A stretch of DNA of 64,000 bases from Bacilli bacterium (lineage in GTDB: Bacteria > Bacillota_I > Bacilli_A > RFN20 > CAG-826). The translations under genes and the position numbers were made by a program. Shown in pieces: positions 59,168 through 64,000 of this stretch. The notes under the pieces were generated by a model. That model saw nothing but the letters and a program-made list of their open reading frames with translations. It did no database searches and was not told the DNA's origin. The stretch lies in NCBI GenBank assembly GCA_024408075.1, contig JAKSVK010000002.1:19676-83675 (forward strand), read 5' to 3'. The first letter of the stretch is position 1, and each line of letters opens with the position of its first letter.

Positions 59168-60259
59168 TTATTTAGCGTTCCAAATTGAAACTGGTCCACT
59201 TTCATATGTCTTACCAGTAGACAACAAATTAAATAATCTAGAAGCAGCAATTTTATTATTGTATAAGTCACTGATAGTCTTATTTGCTTCTTTTGAAATA
59301 TTCAATAATTTATCATTTTCTAATTTAGTTACTACAGTAATAACTTTAAGCAAATCTCTTTTTGTCCCATTGAAAATAAATCCATTTACTCCATCTTTAA
59401 TAAGAGTTTTAGTTGATCCAGCTTTTCTATTAGCAATGACAATATTACCTCTTGATAAGGCTTCATTAAGAACAACACCCCATCCTTCTTGATGATTTGA
59501 TGTAAATAGATAAATACAATTAGATTCCATTTCTTTTAACAGTTCATCATGAGATAAGAAATTATGCCACTTTATCTTACTTTCACATCCTAACTTTTTA
59601 GCATGTTTATGTGACTCATCTAAATATGGTCCTTCTCCAACAAATATGTTTTTGTTGTTTGTCAATTTAATAAGAGCGTTCATTCCATCAATAGCTAAAT
59701 CTGGTCGTTTCCAATCTAAGCATCTTCCTGAAAAAATAGCATTAAAGTTAATTGATGTTCTTTCTTTAATCTCAAGTGCAGGGAAATATCCAAAATTAAA
59801 AATATGATCTTTCTTTAATAAGAAACGACGATATTCAACTCCTGCATAATAGGAATTGCAAAGAGCAAATTTTTCAGCTTTTCTTAAATAGAAATGTAAT
59901 AAATAAATTCTTTTTAGATATACCAAGAAATTAGTTGGTTTCCATTTTTTAAGAAAATGCTCGTTATTGAAATAAATTCTCTTCACTTTTTTACAAGCTT
60001 TATAAATTCTTTTATCTGAGATATGACCTAAAATAACTGAATTAGCGGAAGTTAACATTTCTTTTAATTGATCAAAAGAATAATCACTTGATTGTTTAAT
60101 ATAAGGACGAGTTAATTCTTCATAATGCATCTTTTTTCTTTCTTCAGAAATATGATCGGTAGCAAGAAAAATAAAATCTACATCGTTTTTAACAAACTCA
60201 TCCCACAAGCCTAGTTGATGAAAGTTAGGATAATCAGATACAAAAATTACTTTCTCCAT
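59168..60259 (-). CDS. glycosyltransferase family 4-like (GT-B)
   Basis: 363 aa with the block EGWGVVLNEALSRGNIVIA...DGVNGFIF. Confidence 0.7.
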   Translation of the reverse strand: MEKVIFVSDYPNFHQLGLWDEFVKNDVDFIFLATDHISEERKKMHYEELTRPYIKQSSDYSFDQLKEMLTSANSVILGHISDKRIYKACKKVKRIYFNNEHFLKKWKPTNFLVYLKRIYLLHFYLRKAEKFALCNSYYAGVEYRRFLLKKDHIFNFGYFPALEIKERTSINFNAIFSGRCLDWKRPDLAIDGMNALIKLTNNKNIFVGEGPYLDESHKHAKKLGCESKIKWHNFLSHDELLKEMESNCIYLFTSNHQEGWGVVLNEALSRGNIVIANRKAGSTKTLIKDGVNGFIFNGTKRDLLKVITVVTKLENDKLLNISKEANKTISDLYNNKIAASRLFNLLSTGKTYESGPVSIWNAK

Positions 60260-61233
60260 AATTTTCCTTTCACCTTACTAATAAATTCTTTTCTCTGATA
60301 TTTTTTAAAGAATTTAGCTCTATTTTTTTGAAATAATTCAAAGTCTTTAATAACCTTTTTATCCTTAGATAGATGAGCAAATTTATTAAAGCTATCAACA
60401 ATTTTGTTATATGCTTTTTCATCTTCATCCCTAACTTCAACAGGCATTTCTAAAGCAACTACAATACATGTACTTAAATGATGCTCAACTGCTAAATCTA
60501 ATAACTGTGGTCTTTTATCTTTAACAAAATCTACACAGAACTCACTAGATTCAAGTAAATAAGTTTTATTAAATGAGAAGCTACAAGTCTCCGTGCTATT
60601 TTCATGAATTCTTACAACATAACCTGAAACATTTGAAAATATAGTTTTAGGATTTTCACTAAAAAGTTTTGCTAAAAAGTATGTATCTTCTCTTGCTCTA
60701 AAAGCAGGGAATAATAATTCATGTTCAATGATAAATTTACGGGAAATAATTTTTGCGCAAGCCCCAGTAAATATTTTTCCATCAGCTAAGAATATTTCAA
60801 ATGGATCAGAAACTTTAATAATTGGTTCTTTATAAAAGCTAATTGTCCAACTTTTACTATCATTAATAAAGTTAACATTATGACATAAAACATCACATGG
60901 ATTATCTGTCAAAATTTGAACTAAATTAGATAAATAATCATTCTTTAAATAATCATCAGAATCTAAGAAAGTAATGTAATCTCCATTACCTCCTTTTATT
61001 CCTAAATTTCGAGCAATACCTTGTCCTTCATTAGCTTTATTTATTACTTTAATATTATGGAAATTTTCTGCAAATTCATTGCAAATCTCCAGTGAATTGT
61101 CAGTAGAACCATCATTTATTAATATTAAATTCCAATTCTTATAAGTCTGATTAATAACTGAAAGAATGCACTCTTTTAAATATGCACTTGCGTTATAAAC
61201 AGGACAAATAATATCAATACTAATTGGTTGCAT
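60247..61233 (-). CDS. glycosyltransferase family 2
   Basis: N-terminus IDIICPVYNASAYLKECILSVINQTY...LINDGSTDNS with a DSDD motif. The start is set at ATG 61233; the track start is 61293. Confidence 0.8.
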   Translation of the reverse strand: MQPISIDIICPVYNASAYLKECILSVINQTYKNWNLILINDGSTDNSLEICNEFAENFHNIKVINKANEGQGIARNLGIKGGNGDYITFLDSDDYLKNDYLSNLVQILTDNPCDVLCHNVNFINDSKSWTISFYKEPIIKVSDPFEIFLADGKIFTGACAKIISRKFIIEHELLFPAFRAREDTYFLAKLFSENPKTIFSNVSGYVVRIHENSTETCSFSFNKTYLLESSEFCVDFVKDKRPQLLDLAVEHHLSTCIVVALEMPVEVRDEDEKAYNKIVDSFNKFAHLSKDKKVIKDFELFQKNRAKFFKKYQRKEFISKVKGKLWRK

Positions 61234-63820
61234 TTTTCTTCTTCTTAAATTTTGAAATAATTTGTTTAATTGTTTCTCTTTCAAAGATAGCAAGTAAACC
61301 TAAATAAATAACTAAGAATATACCAGCATAAATAAAGACTTGAGCAAGAGAAGCAACATTACTAGGTACAGCATAAGATACTCCAATAGCTGCTCCTACT
61401 CCAGCCGCAGCAAATAGACAAATCTTAAATAAGTTAAGGAAATATCTTCCCATTGGTAAACCAATTGCTTTCTTATTATATATATTAAGAATAATACAGT
61501 TACCAATAACCACTGAGAATACAGTTCCAAATACAGCACCCCAAATAGCTTTTTCAGGTGGAAGTATTTTAATAAATAAGATAGACAAAGCGACATTAAC
61601 CAAAGCTAAAGCAATATAAAGAACTGCTCTAAACTTATGTTTGTTCATTGCTCTTTGAGCTTCAATACCCAAGTTCGCTGTTAATGGAATAATGTTTATA
61701 GCAAGCAAGACACAAGCATATCCATAAATTTCTTGATATCCCTCACCTAACCAAACATCTATAAATGGCCGTCCACAAGCGATATACCCACCAACAGAGG
61801 CCACTACCACAATACACTGCATTTTACAGACATCTAAAAATACTTTATGTAGTCCTTTTTGATCTTTATTTTCAACAAGTTCATGAATCTTAGGAGTAAA
61901 TGCTCCTGAAATAGAAATGCTTAAAGTTAATAAATAAGTATTAAAGAATTGGGCAAAAGAATAAATTGTAACACTCTTTGCGTCAACCATACTTCCGAGT
62001 AAAGTTTTGTCAACATCTCTATCAATTTGATCTACCACAACGTTAAGTAAAATGAAACTTGAGAAAATACAAATCTCTTTTAGCAAAGGGAACTGTTTTT
62101 TAACTGTAGTTTTCTCAAATTCCATCTTCTGATGACGCATCGCATAAATAACTGTAGCCAAAGCTGAAACTCCACTTAAAACAGTTGCCACTATGGCAAT
62201 GGAAATTATTGACTTAGTTGTAACCGCAAAAATCAAGTTACATCCAAAAGTTAATATTGAAATAATCAATGATAACAATCGTAAGAATATAAACTGGTTA
62301 CTATAAGTAAGATAATGAGAGAATATTGAAAACATTATCGTTATTGCAACGTTAATTGTAGAAATTAAAAGTAATAAATAGATTAAATTATTTTGAGCAT
62401 CTGTATATTGACTAATTTTAAAGTTGCACGCATATAAGATACCGACAACTGCAAACATTGCAATCACAATGAAGATTGAAAAGAAGGTATAAATCTTAAA
62501 ATATAGTGTATTTACAGAACCAATCTTGCCCGTTTCTTTTTTTACTTTTGTTGCAAACCTTACATAAGAAGTGGAAAGTGCTCCAGTAATAACTGTTAAC
62601 CAAGAAGTGATTGATCCAACGAAAGAATATAAACCATATTGTTCATCACCTACTGCTGCTAAAACTTTTGGAGTTACAATTAAAGTCGCAATAATCGAAA
62701 CTGCTAAAGCAACATAAGAAATACCAATTCCTATTTTGATATTTGTGTTTTCAGAAGCATAACCACTATTTTCAAAGAATAGTTTCCATAAATAGTTAAA
62801 TACTTTACTTACACCAAACACTAATATTGCAGTAGTCACTATACAAGCTGCTAAGTAAGCGTATCTATTTTGCAAGAAACTAACATCTTGAAAGATTTCC
62901 ATTGGAAGCATTTGGAGCATATATATCCAAAACACATTCTTACCAAGAACAGTTAATATCTTGCTCTTGAATGAGAATAATTTAAGGAAACAAACAATAC
63001 ATAAATCAAAGAATAAATTTAAACATGCATAATCAAAATCAGTATTTAATGTTGTGTAGTTAGGAAATACATAGAAGAAAACAAATAATAAAACTCCACT
63101 AATAAGAAAAGTAATAATCGTCGCTAATCTTGTCTTAGTTAGCTTATCAAATTTATCTTTCCAATAAGAGAAACAAATGCCTAAGAAATATGAAAGCATG
63201 GTGTTGTACCAATGAGGTCCCCAACCTGCTTTATTAAGTAATACATAAAACAACAAAATTAAGATTGCTTGATAGAATATAAACGCCTTATGATTATGGA
63301 ATATTTTAATTGAAACATAGGTTGTTAAATATAAAACAATGATGACAAAAACATACCATCCAGTATTACCAATATCTCTAATAGCAACTAAAGAAAGAAG
63401 GTAATCTGCAACTGAAAAATCATAGTTTTTATATAAAGCAACAATCGCAAATAATAACCAACATAGAATAAACATCAAATAGACTTTGAGCATTCTATAT
63501 TTAGGAATGTGCCTTGAATATTCTTTGCCTCTTAACTTATATTGCTGATGAATTCCATAACCACTAAAAAATAAAAAAGGAGCAACCATAAGTTGACCCA
63601 AATTGCCCGTGATAAATACTGATGGCTTATCTAATACTCCCAAACTTTCTTTAGGGATAAAATTTGTGAAATGAGAAATAAAAATAAGAACAGCAAAAAT
63701 ACCTAAAAGACAAATTGTGTTCTCTTTCGATAAATAATCAGTATTACATCCATTAGCAAATTTTCTTGGTCTTAGTCCAATTAATGCAATAACAAATATA
63801 GCAGCTAATACAATAATCAT
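61220..63820 (-). CDS. fusion protein: acyltransferase-3 (OafA-like O-acyltransferase) domain + Wzx/MOP flippase domain
   Basis: 866 aa. Residues 1-350 look like an AT3 domain (about 10 helices, ISHF, PFLFFSGYG). Residues ~360-866 look like a polysaccharide-biosynthesis/flippase protein (GISYVALAVSIIATLIVTPKVLAAVGDEQYGLYSF...). It is a single uninterrupted frame. Confidence 0.7.
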   Translation of the reverse strand: MIIVLAAIFVIALIGLRPRKFANGCNTDYLSKENTICLLGIFAVLIFISHFTNFIPKESLGVLDKPSVFITGNLGQLMVAPFLFFSGYGIHQQYKLRGKEYSRHIPKYRMLKVYLMFILCWLLFAIVALYKNYDFSVADYLLSLVAIRDIGNTGWYVFVIIVLYLTTYVSIKIFHNHKAFIFYQAILILLFYVLLNKAGWGPHWYNTMLSYFLGICFSYWKDKFDKLTKTRLATIITFLISGVLLFVFFYVFPNYTTLNTDFDYACLNLFFDLCIVCFLKLFSFKSKILTVLGKNVFWIYMLQMLPMEIFQDVSFLQNRYAYLAACIVTTAILVFGVSKVFNYLWKLFFENSGYASENTNIKIGIGISYVALAVSIIATLIVTPKVLAAVGDEQYGLYSFVGSITSWLTVITGALSTSYVRFATKVKKETGKIGSVNTLYFKIYTFFSIFIVIAMFAVVGILYACNFKISQYTDAQNNLIYLLLLISTINVAITIMFSIFSHYLTYSNQFIFLRLLSLIISILTFGCNLIFAVTTKSIISIAIVATVLSGVSALATVIYAMRHQKMEFEKTTVKKQFPLLKEICIFSSFILLNVVVDQIDRDVDKTLLGSMVDAKSVTIYSFAQFFNTYLLTLSISISGAFTPKIHELVENKDQKGLHKVFLDVCKMQCIVVVASVGGYIACGRPFIDVWLGEGYQEIYGYACVLLAINIIPLTANLGIEAQRAMNKHKFRAVLYIALALVNVALSILFIKILPPEKAIWGAVFGTVFSVVIGNCIILNIYNKKAIGLPMGRYFLNLFKICLFAAAGVGAAIGVSYAVPSNVASLAQVFIYAGIFLVIYLGLLAIFERETIKQIISKFKKKKNATN

Positions 63821-63912
63821 ATTTGCTTAATCATTTTATCAAAATGATATAAATAAAGAAATATATTATCTATTTCTTATAAGTATTTCATATCTTATAT
63901 TCTAAATAAAAT

Positions 63913-63941
63913 TTGATTGTTAAAAATTTAATTTTTATAAT
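63913..63941 (+). promoter_or_regulatory. sigma-70-type promoter, -10 box 6 nt before an ATG
   Basis: TTGATT (63913-63918), a 17-bp spacer, TATAAT (63936-63941), gttcgt, then ATG 63948. Confidence 0.5.
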
Positions 63942-63947
63942 GTTCGT

Positions 63948-64000
63948 ATGTCACATAAAAAATATCTTAATTTAAGAATTTTTACGATGGGTATCGGTTT
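63948..64000 (+). CDS. 5' end of an unidentified gene (MSHKKYLNLRIFTMGIG...), runs off the window
   Basis: The frame is open from ATG 63948 to the window edge, behind a consensus promoter. It is too short to classify. Confidence 0.3.
   Translation, partial: MSHKKYLNLRIFTMGIG

Overview
This is a strongly AT-rich bacterial chromosomal segment read with the standard genetic code. TGA is used as a stop (e.g. 21754-21756), and the long ORFs are uninterrupted. Gene content and order fit a low-GC Bacillota or code-11 Mollicutes-like anaerobe: rubrerythrin, an EFR1 ferredoxin, many lipoproteins and membrane-anchored nucleases, and no peptidoglycan genes visible in this window. The core blocks lie almost entirely on the minus strand: tRNA-Arg, galE, gatBAC-ligA-pcrA, asnS, tsaD-rimI-tsaB-tsaE, ung, degV, tmRNA, rlmH-yycJ-dnaB-rplI-gdpP, rpsR-ssb-rpsF and rubrerythrin. 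Accessory content includes one complete IS30-like element, a TPP riboswitch controlling an unusually long thiT, two surface-glycan loci (20.7-28.8 kb and 59.2-63.8 kb), and two tandem ~950-aa membrane-anchored endonuclease-I proteins. A ~14-kb variable island sits between rpsR and gdpP (43.2-57.1 kb). It carries an orphan XdhC-family gene, a YhhQ-type transporter, a GH31 hydrolase, a Phd/ParE pair, a GGGtGRT/NifU-like operon of unknown function, SDR-EFR1-SDR genes, an AbiE module with a 5'-truncated antitoxin, and three decayed sugar-utilisation genes. Best candidates for something new: (1) the three-gene GGGtGRT / NifU-like / 62-aa operon; (2) a recurrent '-10 box + 6 nt + ATG' architecture at about a dozen operon-first genes, implying widespread leaderless mRNAs alongside classical Shine-Dalgarno genes; (3) an acyltransferase-3::Wzx flippase fusion; (4) ThiT fused to an extra 4-helix membrane domain; (5) the AbiEii toxin retained with only the C-terminal piece of AbiEi. 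No CRISPR array, rRNA or prophage was seen. All calls come from reading the sequence and ORF translations; no database search was run.
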